A stretch of DNA of 32,000 nt, from positions 810,001-842,000 of the forward strand of contig NZ_CP046579.1 of assembly GCF_013365475.1 (NCBI RefSeq), given 5' to 3'. Numbering within the stretch: the first letter of the stretch is position 1; every line of letters begins with the position of its first letter. A model generated the notes under the pieces. That model did not search any database, was not told where the DNA came from, and saw only the letters and a list, made by a program, of their open reading frames with translations. The DNA is from Candidatus Saccharimonadota bacterium. GTDB taxonomy: Bacteria > Pseudomonadota > Alphaproteobacteria > Rickettsiales > Anaplasmataceae. Shown here piece after piece: positions 9,794 to 19,364 of the stretch. The position numbers and the translations under genes are program-made.

Positions 9794-11011
9794 TTAAAAT
9801 ATACTTTGAGCTAATAATGGGCTATCAGGAATATTACTAACTACATTGATCTGATTTACTATTTTATTGGTGAAATGAAAATAATTTTTTATGAACTCCT
9901 TGTATATGGCAGTCAACTTATGTATATCGTCTACTAGTACGCATTCATCTATCTGGTGCGCAGTTTTGTTAACCATGCCAAATTCAATTACTGGACAAAT
10001 GTTTTTGATAAATGCGGCATCAGACGTACCACCACTTGTGCTCATTTTGGCATCAATACTAGTTACTTTATTTATTGCGTCGAGCATAATATTAGTATTT
10101 TTATCAGGAGTGGAAAGGAAAACACCTCTACTATTATAAATAGAGAGTGTATAATCTCTAGTTATACTAGAGCATATCTCATCAATTAACTTACATAGAT
10201 TATTAGGTGTTTGCATATCATTATATCGGATATTGAAACTTGCAACTATTAATTTTGGTATTAAATTGTCAGCACTGTTTCCTACATCAATAGTAGTAAC
10301 CTCACAACTCGAAGGCTGGAAATATTTATTACCATTATCAAGAGTAGTGTTTCTTATCTTGCTTAATATTGATATCATCTTATATATTGGATTATCAGCT
10401 AGTTCTGGATAGGCAACGTGTCCTTGCTTTCCATAGCAAATTAATTTGAATGTTGCAGACCCTCTTCTACCTATCTTTATAGTATCACCTAATCTCTCAC
10501 TACTAGTTGGTTCAGCAACTATACAATAATCCATCTTTTTTTGTTTACTTTCCATCCATTCTAAAACTGCTTTTGTTCCATGTTCCTCCATACTTTCTTC
10601 AGCACTGGTGATTAATGCACTTATCGAACCATTAAACTGAAATTCCCCTATAATAAAGTTCACCATAGCGGCAATAAATGCAGCTACTCCGCTTTTCATA
10701 TCAGCTGCTCCTCTTCCATACAGTATCCCATCTCTAATTTTTGGGTTGAATGGATCATATACCCAGTCTTTCAACTGACCTGGTGGAGCAACATCAACAT
10801 GTCCAGCAAAACATAAATTTGGTACTCCGTTTGTATATTTTGCATAGAGACTTTTAACTTTATCTTCGCTATTGCCAAATTCCAAAATCTCACACTTAAA
10901 GCCATTTTTCTTAAGAATTTTTGCTATATACTCTATTGCTCCATCATCTTTTGGTGTTATACTCCTAAAAGAAATTAACTTCTTAGTTAGCTCTACTGGA
11001 TCAATTTTCAT
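9794..11011 (-). CDS. dapE: Succinyl-diaminopimelate desuccinylase (M20 peptidase)
   Basis: MKIDPVELTKKLISFRSITP...AGHVDVAPPG...GRGAADMKSG...VAEPTS match the DapE/ArgE metal-binding segments. Confidence 0.85.
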   Translation of the reverse strand: MKIDPVELTKKLISFRSITPKDDGAIEYIAKILKKNGFKCEILEFGNSEDKVKSLYAKYTNGVPNLCFAGHVDVAPPGQLKDWVYDPFNPKIRDGILYGRGAADMKSGVAAFIAAMVNFIIGEFQFNGSISALITSAEESMEEHGTKAVLEWMESKQKKMDYCIVAEPTSSERLGDTIKIGRRGSATFKLICYGKQGHVAYPELADNPIYKMISILSKIRNTTLDNGNKYFQPSSCEVTTIDVGNSADNLIPKLIVASFNIRYNDMQTPNNLCKLIDEICSSITRDYTLSIYNSRGVFLSTPDKNTNIMLDAINKVTSIDAKMSTSGGTSDAAFIKNICPVIEFGMVNKTAHQIDECVLVDDIHKLTAIYKEFIKNYFHFTNKIVNQINVVSNIPDSPLLAQSIF

Positions 11012-11053
11012 GTCAATTTTAAAATACTGATATTACTATATTGTAAGCATTCT

Positions 11054-12478
11054 ATGCATTATTTAAAACAAATATTACACCAAGTAAAACAGACTCTTAT
11101 AAAGGAGGTAATAGTAGGTCATCACCTTGTTGATAACATGTATGAAATATGCATGCAATATGGAAATGATATTTTTTTAGTTGCTGATGAAAATACAGCA
11201 GAATTCTTGAGCAAGAAAATATTCAGCAAGATTTCTCACTTAATTATTCCTAGTAATGTTATTAAGCCTATTGCAAAACCATATGTCATTTTGAATACTT
11301 CTAAAGTTTTATCATCTCAAAACTCCAACGTTAAGATCAAAGAAAAAAGAGTATGGATTCCAGTACCAAGCTATGGAATGATACCGTGCAAAGAAATGAC
11401 TCTGAACAGAGCAGCATCTCTCGAAACAGTTGATTTAGTCAGAAATAAGTCAAAAGATAGTGACTTGATAGTTGCTTTTGGAAGTGGTACTGTTAACGAT
11501 ATCTGTAAATATGCAAGCTATCTTGAGGGTAAAAATTACATATCTTTTCCAACAGCTGCTTCTATGAATGGATATACTTCTGCAAACGCTTCTATCTTAG
11601 CAAATGGATATAAAAAATCTTTCGTAGCACACCTTCCAAAGGCAATATGCATTGATACTAATATAATTACCAATGCACCACTTCGTCTAACGTTAAGTGG
11701 ATTTGCAGACTTTATTTGTCGTTCAACAGTACAAGCTGATTGGCTTTTATCTCATCTATTGCTTGGCACGGAATATAATGAATTACCTTTTACACTTGTT
11801 CGTGATCTGGAGGAAATTTTACTTAAGGAATACCTTGCTCTTGCGAAAAGGAGCAAAAAAGTGACCATATTTCTTATGGAAGCTTTACTTATTTCAGGGC
11901 TTGGAATGGCGATTTCAAAAGGCAGCTACTCTGCAAGTCAAGGGGAGCATATGATAGCTCATACCATGGAAATGGTGACAAAGGATTATTCTTTCTCATT
12001 ACATGGTGAGAAGATTGCTGTCACAATGATTACCATGGCTAATTTGCAGGAAAAAATACTATCAATACAAAATCCCATTATTAAACCAATAAACTATTTT
12101 AGCATTATTCCAACATTAAGTGCTAAAGTTCAGAAGATGAATCAGCATCATACTACCTGGATGTCAGAAGACTTAGCCGAACATTTCGGTAATACCGAAT
12201 TCATGAAAATCCTAAAACAGAAGCAAATTCTACAGCAAAGAATCAAAGAAGTCATCCATAGTGAATGGAATAATATTTCCAGCTTGATTAAGCAAAATCT
12301 GTTGCCTGCAAAACGCTTACAGAAAATATTTGAAGATTTATCAATCCCACACTTACCAGAACACCTAGGTTGGGATGAAGAGCAGTATTGCAAAGCGGTC
12401 AGTATTGCGTTTACAGTAAGAGATAGGTTTACCTTTCTTGATCTGGCTCACTGTATGGAAGAAAGTAAAGTGTTGTAG
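11054..12478 (+). CDS. Iron-containing alcohol dehydrogenase superfamily protein, most like the glycerol-1-phosphate dehydrogenase/AraM subfamily
   Basis: It has the glycine-rich nucleotide loop AFGSGTVNDICKYAS and a His-rich metal motif SQGEHMIAHTME. At 474 aa it looks longer than I expect for the family. Subfamily assignment is by recollection of motifs, not by a search. Confidence 0.55.
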   Translation: MHYLKQILHQVKQTLIKEVIVGHHLVDNMYEICMQYGNDIFLVADENTAEFLSKKIFSKISHLIIPSNVIKPIAKPYVILNTSKVLSSQNSNVKIKEKRVWIPVPSYGMIPCKEMTLNRAASLETVDLVRNKSKDSDLIVAFGSGTVNDICKYASYLEGKNYISFPTAASMNGYTSANASILANGYKKSFVAHLPKAICIDTNIITNAPLRLTLSGFADFICRSTVQADWLLSHLLLGTEYNELPFTLVRDLEEILLKEYLALAKRSKKVTIFLMEALLISGLGMAISKGSYSASQGEHMIAHTMEMVTKDYSFSLHGEKIAVTMITMANLQEKILSIQNPIIKPINYFSIIPTLSAKVQKMNQHHTTWMSEDLAEHFGNTEFMKILKQKQILQQRIKEVIHSEWNNISSLIKQNLLPAKRLQKIFEDLSIPHLPEHLGWDEEQYCKAVSIAFTVRDRFTFLDLAHCMEESKVL

Positions 12479-12967
12479 CTGAAAACAACCAAGAATTATT
12501 TATGCCTTATTTTATTTCATTTTTTAACTTAGTTATAAAGAGCAGTTAAGCTAGATTCACTAGAGATGCTTTATCAACAAGTATGTAATGATTTGTAAGG
12601 TTAATATTCTTCATTAATCAGTATTTCTGATACTACAATATCAAAGAAACTGCTAACTGTTCTACTTATTTATAGTAGACAAGAAATATGTTAGATCAAA
12701 GTTATATATGCAAACTTATATTATCAAGTTAAAAAAGCACAGGCCACTTTATAAACACACTAAACTGAAATAAATTTCATTATCTAAACTTTTTAGTAAT
12801 TTTGAATTTTTACTTATACTTTTTACTACTTCATTTTTATTGTTCTCATCAATCTTGACTCTTTTAATAATAACTGTCAATCTGCAAAAGATGTTACTAC
12901 ACTTTTATACAGTATCAGTATTTTCTTCTATCTATATCATCTACATAGATTCTCAGCTCTTCTCGAC

Positions 12968-14263
12968 ATGAAAACTTATTATTCATCCTCATCAAGGAGA
13001 CAAAAACAATCAAAATCTGTAATTATTTGGCTTTCCTTCTGTTCTATCATGGTACTCCTCATGGTGGGGATTGGTGGGGTTACTAGACTTTCAAAAGCCG
13101 GATTGTCAATTACAGAGTGGAACCCTATTATTGGAATATTACCTCCACTGAGCGAACAAGATTGGTTGCAAGAAAGATTAAAGTATGAAGTTACGCCTGA
13201 ATATAAAGTGTTTAACTATAATATTAGTACAGAAGAGTTTCGTATTATATACTTAATAGAATACATACACAGGCTAGTTGCGAGGATAACAGGATTAGCT
13301 TTTGCTCTGCCATTTACATATTTTCTATTGAAAAAAAGAATATCTAAGAAAGCAGTGATAAGGTTATCTATAGTACTATTGCTTATGGTATTGCAAGCAC
13401 TTGCTGGTTGGTATATGGTTAAAAGTGGTCTGGTTTCTGAACCCAATATTAGCCATTACAGACTTGCACTTCACTTGTTATTAGCCCTTGCTATTTTCGC
13501 ATTATTATCATATCAATTTTTTGATTACCAGATATATACCAAAATGTCATGCACTCAACTATACAAACAGTGTGATATAAGAGTAATTTTTGCCAAGGGG
13601 GGTACCACATCAGTATCTAGACACTGGAACTTAGAAAATTTAATCTTAAATCAATACATTAACCGTCTACATAATAAAAGCTGGATTTCAGTGCCAAGCA
13701 TTGAAATGAAACAAGTTACTGTACAATTCATCTTCAAAGGTAGGCACAAGTACAGTCATGTATCATATACTCATGTAACAGGGTTCCGTTTTACTAATTA
13801 TAGTACATATTGTACAATACTTATTTTGATCCTAATTGCTATGCAAATAGCCTTCGGAGCTTTTGTTGCGGGGCTAAATGCTGGGCTAATTTACAACACC
13901 TTTCCACTAATGAATAAGCGAATCGTTCCAGAAAATTTATTTTCCTTGCAGCCTATATGGACCAATTTCTTTGAAAATGTAGTGACAGTGCAATTTATAC
14001 ACCGAGTACTAGCATTATTAATATTAGTTCTGACAATAATACTCACAATAAAAAACATCAGCACAAAACCAGTATATGTTATGCTACTCTCAGTTATCAT
14101 TCAGATAACCTTAGGAACGGTTACTTTATTGCTGCATGTGCCAACATCTGTTGCAATAGCTCATCAAATGTTTTCATTTATCTTATTTGGATCAGGCATA
14201 TACTTTTTATGCTATTTAAGAAAACAAATCACATCACCAACTTGTATATTGTTCCCTTCTTGA
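12968..14263 (+). CDS. ctaA: Heme A synthase (COX15/CtaA) carrying a long central hydrophilic insertion
   Basis: It has multiple transmembrane helices in two halves with conserved His motifs ([40 protein letters not shown]). [16 protein letters not shown] near the N-terminus is typical of COX15. Confidence 0.8.
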   Translation: MKTYYSSSSRRQKQSKSVIIWLSFCSIMVLLMVGIGGVTRLSKAGLSITEWNPIIGILPPLSEQDWLQERLKYEVTPEYKVFNYNISTEEFRIIYLIEYIHRLVARITGLAFALPFTYFLLKKRISKKAVIRLSIVLLLMVLQALAGWYMVKSGLVSEPNISHYRLALHLLLALAIFALLSYQFFDYQIYTKMSCTQLYKQCDIRVIFAKGGTTSVSRHWNLENLILNQYINRLHNKSWISVPSIEMKQVTVQFIFKGRHKYSHVSYTHVTGFRFTNYSTYCTILILILIAMQIAFGAFVAGLNAGLIYNTFPLMNKRIVPENLFSLQPIWTNFFENVVTVQFIHRVLALLILVLTIILTIKNISTKPVYVMLLSVIIQITLGTVTLLLHVPTSVAIAHQMFSFILFGSGIYFLCYLRKQITSPTCILFPS

Positions 14264-16436
14264 ACCGGAATATGTTTTATCACCATTTCTGATTCAGCGC
14301 ATATAATATTCTCCATTTTCATTGCTTCCACAATAAATAAAGGTTGTCCTACTACCACTTGGTCTCCTACATTTACATGTAATTTAACTAACAAACCAGA
14401 TATTGGAGATTTTACAACATCTACTGCAATTCTTTCTTTCTTATTACTAAGTATGAATTTATCCAATTCAGCTACGTGAGGTTTGAATACATAACACTCA
14501 GCTTGCATTCCAGCATGTCTTATAAAGAGTCTATTGTCCTGTCTCTGTACCTTAAAAGTTACGACGTTATCAGCATTGATTATTACACATAGCAACCTAT
14601 AACTTAATTTCCACCTGCCTATTGCAGAGTATATATTGTGGTTATACACCATTGTTAATGCATTATTTTGGTACCTCGCATTTACAGAGTATTCATTGTC
14701 ATTTATTCTTACTATAAATAAATCCCTTGCACTGCTATTCGTAACCTCAACATCATCAGATATTGATACAATATTACTATGTCTCATCTTAGTATCACAA
14801 GTTGCCATTTGAGTAGTCGTTATTGGTAGCAACTCTTTTTTTCTGGATTCCCCAACACGGTGGAATGACATTAAAGGTGTTTCATTTACTGCTTTATAAT
14901 AGCACTTCTCCTCATTTTCTAAATAAACATATAGCGCAGTAAAAATAAACATTTTAATATATTCTTCTGTAACAAAATCACCATAGAAACCATTTGGATA
15001 ATAATCTGAAATGAATCTTGTATAGAGTTTTGCTGCAACAAAACTTGGATGATGAAAGATGGATTCTAGAAATTCTATGTTATTTGCAACTCCTTCTATA
15101 TAACACTCAGACAATGCTTCTTGCATTCTGCTGATTGCTTCTATTCTATCTTTCCCATACGTTATCACTTTTGTAATCATTGAATCATAGAATACGCTAA
15201 CCTCTGACCCTGCAACAATCCCATCATCTATCCTTATGCAGTTATCAAAATCTTTGCGTGGTGACCGCTTTGGTGAAAGCTCAACGGCACCACTACCTAG
15301 TATCACCCCAGCACGTGATACTAGAATAGAAAAATCTCTATCTGGTTTATCATAATACTTTATCCTTCCACTAGAGGGGAAAAATCTCCTAGATGGATCT
15401 TCAGCACAAATCCTACTTTCTATTGCAGAACCAGTAAGCTTGATATCATCTTGACTGAACCTTAATTTTTCTCCCCAGGAGATTCTAATCATTTCTTCTA
15501 CTATATCAACTCCTGTTACAAACTCTGTTACTGGATGCTCAACCTGTAATCTTGTATTTACCTCAAGAAAATAGAAATTTTGATCATTATCTACAATAAA
15601 TTCAATAGTGCCAGCTGAAAAATAACCTACTTCCTTTGCTAAAGAAATACATTTATCATACATTTCTTGCCTTATCTTATCACTAATAAATGGGCTTGGA
15701 GTTTCTTCTATTACTTTTTGGTTATTTCTTTGTAACGAACACTCTCTTTCTCCAAGACACACTGCATTTCCATACTTATCTGCTATAATTTGTACTTCAA
15801 TATGCCGTGATAACTCTATATACTTTTCCATAAAGATACTTCTATCATTAAAATTTTTTTCTGCCTCATTTGTTGCAGATGTAAATGCTAGCTCAATCTC
15901 CTCCCTGGAGTTCACGATTCTCATGCCTTTACCACCACCACCTGAAGCCGCTTTCAATATAATAGGAAACCCAATTTCCTCAGCAACGCTAGCTGCATGA
16001 GAAGCATTGCTAATTTTCCCTACATACCCAGGTACTGCATTGACTCCAGCCTTTTTTGCTGCTTCTTTTGCTGTTATTTTGTTAGCTATTACTTCTATTA
16101 TTTCAGCACTTGGGCCAATAAAGGCTATGTTATGTTTCTGTAAAACACGAGGAAAATCTGGATTTTCTGCCAAAAAACCATAACCAGGATGAACTGCCTG
16201 TACACCCATTTCAATTGCTGCTTTGCATATCTTTTCGATGCTTAAGTAGCTCATGCAAGAAAGCGAAGGACCAATATACCTAGATTCGTCTGCTTGTCTT
16301 ACATATACAGAATTTATATCTGCATCTGAATATACACATGCACAAGATATGCCCATCTTATGGGCAGTTCTGATAATTCTGCAAGCAATTTCCCCCTATT
16401 TGCTATTAAAATTTTACTGTACTTTTTTTTCGCCAT
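14212..16436 (-). CDS. pccA: Propionyl-CoA (acyl-CoA) carboxylase alpha subunit, comprising biotin carboxylase plus a biotinyl domain. The reading frame is interrupted by a 1-nt frameshift at 16392-16396.
   Basis: It has the ATP-grasp motifs [10 protein letters not shown] and [14 protein letters not shown], and the C-terminal biotinylation motif EAMKMEN. The true N-terminus ([15 protein letters not shown] from ATG 16436) is in a different frame from the 714-aa track ORF, which begins at 16356. Confidence 0.85.
15258..15324. repeat. Two adjacent inverted repeats (potential double hairpin) inside an in-frame extra segment of pccA
   Basis: IR-A: GTGGTGaCCG (15258-15267) pairs with CGGCACCAC (15285-15293), giving 9 bp with one bulge. 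IR-B: CTAGTATCAC (15297-15306) pairs with GTGATACTAG (15315-15324), a perfect 10 bp with an 8-nt spacer. By my count the local GC is about 55% (38 of 69 nt) in a roughly 30% GC background. Confidence 0.6.
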
Positions 16437-16811
16437 GCACAAGTTTACTTCCTTAAGCTAAGAAAGCAAATCTATACATTATCAACAATAAGAAATTTCT
16501 AAACCTATGTCATAACTAAACTACTCTTTAAATGTTACTTAACATTAAGATTTACTATGGTATTTTTATCTTCTTTTACTTTTCTAACCTTACTCTTAAC
16601 ACTCTCTTCTAACTAATGCTCTCTTTTCGAAAATAGGTAGTGAAATTCCTCTACTTACTCACCATATAAAATAAATTACAACTTCTATCAGATATGCACT
16701 AAGTTTATAGGAAACAAACACAACTTTATTTTTTTAGAATAAAGAAATTATAAATTGCTATAAACATGAATCCTATTTATTATCATTCACATCACTATAT
16801 AATAAACAAAC

Positions 16812-18185
16812 ATGCCAGAAGTAGTTACTAGGTTTGCTCCATCACCAACAGGATTTTTACATATCGGTGGAGCTCGTACTGCTTTATTTAATTGGCTCTA
16901 CGCAAAGCATCACGGTGGTAAGTTTTTACTGAGGATTGAGGATACTGACAGAAAACGCTCAACAAAGGAAGCAATTGGTGCAATAATAGATGGGATAAAA
17001 TGGCTTGGTATGAATTATGATGAAGAAATAGTCTACCAGTCAAAAAGGATTATGCGGCACATTGAAGTTGCAAATCTTTTAGTTAAGAAAGGTAAAGCGT
17101 ATCACTGTTATTGTCCTGAAAATACAGTTGTGATGGAACAGGCAAAGATAAGAGAGAAAGGAAAGATACATAAGCATATCTGTGATAATGTAATAGCAGA
17201 TAATGTAAAGCCTGTTATTCGATTTAAGGTCCCAGATTCAGAAGATATCCTTGTTGACGATAAAATATACGGTCAAATTAAAGTAAATAGTGACCAATTT
17301 GATGATATAGTAATTTTACGTTCTAACACTACTCCAACATATATTTTTGCCGTTGTGGTTGATGATCATGATGCTGGAATAACTGACATAATACGCGGTT
17401 CCGATCACCTCACTAATACTTTTAAACAATTACTGATATATCAGGCTCTTGATTTTAATATTCCGCGCTTTGCTCATGTGCCGCTTATTCATCAGGAAGA
17501 TGGAAATAAGCTGTCTAAAAGGCATGGTGCAACAAGCATTTGTTTTTACGAAAAAATGGGAATACTGCCGAAAACAATGCGCAATTACTTACTGAGACTT
17601 GGCTGGAGTCACGGAGATGATGAAATTATTAGTGATAAGCAAGCAGTAGAGTGGTTTAATTTAGAAAGCATTAGTCGTTCACCATCACGCCTAGATCTTA
17701 AAAAGCTAGAATATTTAAATAATCATTATATTAATAATATGAGCAATGAAGATATTCTCACTCTAATACTTAGAAAAAACAATCTAACTGACAAGAAAAA
17801 GAACTATTTACTACAAGGACTAACAGAACTAAAAAAAAGAGCAAAGTACTTAACTGAATTACTAAATTTGGCACAGTTCTACATTAAAGATCCGCCGCTT
17901 GATCTAAACGAAAATGCGAAGCAGACTGTTAAATCAAATTTTAATACAATTAAGCTGCTTGCATCACTTCTTTCAAAGATTGATAATAAAAGCTGGAATA
18001 AAAAGTTTTTGCTTTCTCAAATTAAAGAGTTTTCAAAGCTACACAGCATTAAACTGAGTGATGTGTACCATTCATTGCGTGCTCCTATAACAGGAATAAT
18101 GTGTGCACCTGGTATTATAGATATAATGGTAATTCTTGGTAGAGATGAATGTATAAAAAGGTTATATTGGATTTTAGCTGCTTAG
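16812..18185 (+). CDS. gltX: Glutamyl-tRNA synthetase
   Basis: It has the class I HIGH region PSPTGFLHIGGARTALFN and the KMSKS-type loop KLSKRHG. Confidence 0.9.
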   Translation: MPEVVTRFAPSPTGFLHIGGARTALFNWLYAKHHGGKFLLRIEDTDRKRSTKEAIGAIIDGIKWLGMNYDEEIVYQSKRIMRHIEVANLLVKKGKAYHCYCPENTVVMEQAKIREKGKIHKHICDNVIADNVKPVIRFKVPDSEDILVDDKIYGQIKVNSDQFDDIVILRSNTTPTYIFAVVVDDHDAGITDIIRGSDHLTNTFKQLLIYQALDFNIPRFAHVPLIHQEDGNKLSKRHGATSICFYEKMGILPKTMRNYLLRLGWSHGDDEIISDKQAVEWFNLESISRSPSRLDLKKLEYLNNHYINNMSNEDILTLILRKNNLTDKKKNYLLQGLTELKKRAKYLTELLNLAQFYIKDPPLDLNENAKQTVKSNFNTIKLLASLLSKIDNKSWNKKFLLSQIKEFSKLHSIKLSDVYHSLRAPITGIMCAPGIIDIMVILGRDECIKRLYWILAA

Positions 18186-18222
18186 AGAATTTTTATTACG
18201 TTTAACCCAATATAGAATGCTA

Positions 18223-19280
18223 CTAACTACTAATTAACATTACCTTAAAGAGAGTGCCCATATTTTCAGTTAACCTTAGAAACTCACTAAAGATCTTATC
18301 TTTCTGTTCATTGTTTGCATTCTTCATTAAGACCTGCATTCTTTCCTTTATACCAAAAAGATATAAAAACTCCCTTTGAGTTAAAATTTCACAATTCAAG
18401 TGTTTTAATGAATCCCTCAATGCCTGGAAGTCTACAAGCGCAGTAATATCACTATTGCCAATATTTTCAAGAAAATTGACATACTTATGTTGTCCTACAG
18501 ACTGTAAAGTACTTCTGTACGTAGAATGCACATACCCATAATCTATAATTATAGCAGCTCCTCTGTTATTAACTATTTTTTCTTCAAGTTTCTTTAATAT
18601 TTCAGCTCCAGCTGAACAGACTTCCATTACTGCTCCACTAAAAAATTTTATATTCGTTACCTTAGTAGGTGATATTGAAATATTAGATCCTTTTCTTCTG
18701 GATTTTAGTATTAAGCACTGGAATGATACCATATCACTCCGTTTCCCTACTCTATTTTCATACCATTCTCCGTTATGATATACAAACTGATCTATAGGAA
18801 GAGCATCAAAAAATTCATTTGCTAAAAAAATAGTTGGCTGCTTAGGTAAGCTACTAATATCCAAATGCCAATTAACATTTAATTTTTTTAGTTTTTTTTT
18901 TGTATCTCCTGTAAAACAGGGCTGATTTCAATTAGATGAATGGCCATAGATCTAAAAAAATTGCTGTACTTTTTGGTGACTCTTGCTATATCATGGATAA
19001 GTGTCCCTTTACCTGGCCCAAGTTCAACTAGAGAAAATTCTGGTGGTTCTCCTAATTTTTCCCATGTATACATTACCCAAACTGCAATTATTTCACCAAA
19101 TAATTGACTAATTTCAGGTGCAGTGATAAAGTCACTATTTTTCCCAAGTGGAGATCTATTCATGTAATAGCCATATTTTTTATGGTATAAGACAGCACTC
19201 ATGAATTCACTAATAGATATCGATCCTTGGTTTTTATCAATTAATTTATACACGTAAGAGAGTATATCACAAGTAAACAT
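18223..19280 (-). pseudogene. MidA/NDUFAF7-like SAM-dependent methyltransferase (DUF185 family), split into two ORFs by a frameshift at an A10 tract
   Basis: The N-terminal ORF (18888-19280) carries FITAPEISQLFGEIIAVW and ELGPGKGTLIHD. The C-terminal ORF (18223-18864) carries ANEFFDALPIDQF. Read upstream in its own frame, the second ORF gives LKKLNVNWHLDISSLPKQ, which joins directly to the first ORF if the A10 run (minus strand, 18892-18901) were A11. Confidence 0.75.
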
Positions 19281-19364
19281 TAAATTATTGTGTCACAAAC
19301 AAATTTATAGAGTATTTATATTGTATAGTATAAACTTAATGGCTTATTACAATAGTCTTTAACT

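Noticed and set aside
12177-12202. Overlapping small palindromes CCGAA-cat-TTCGG-taata-CCGAA-ttc, including the 15-nt perfect palindrome TTCGGTAATACCGAA, inside the Fe-ADH family gene.
   Set aside because: The arms are only 5-7 bp, it is a single occurrence, and it lies within coding sequence. It is plausible by chance and I cannot link it to any element family.
16445-16659. Six TTACT pentamers in the pccA/gltX divergent spacer, at 16445, 16535, 16552, 16576, 16590 and 16655.
   Set aside because: The same pentamer is also frequent in another spacer (for example about 12820, 12833 and 12893 upstream of ctaA). It looks like a general oligonucleotide bias or cryptic simplicity of these T-rich spacers rather than a locus-specific site array.
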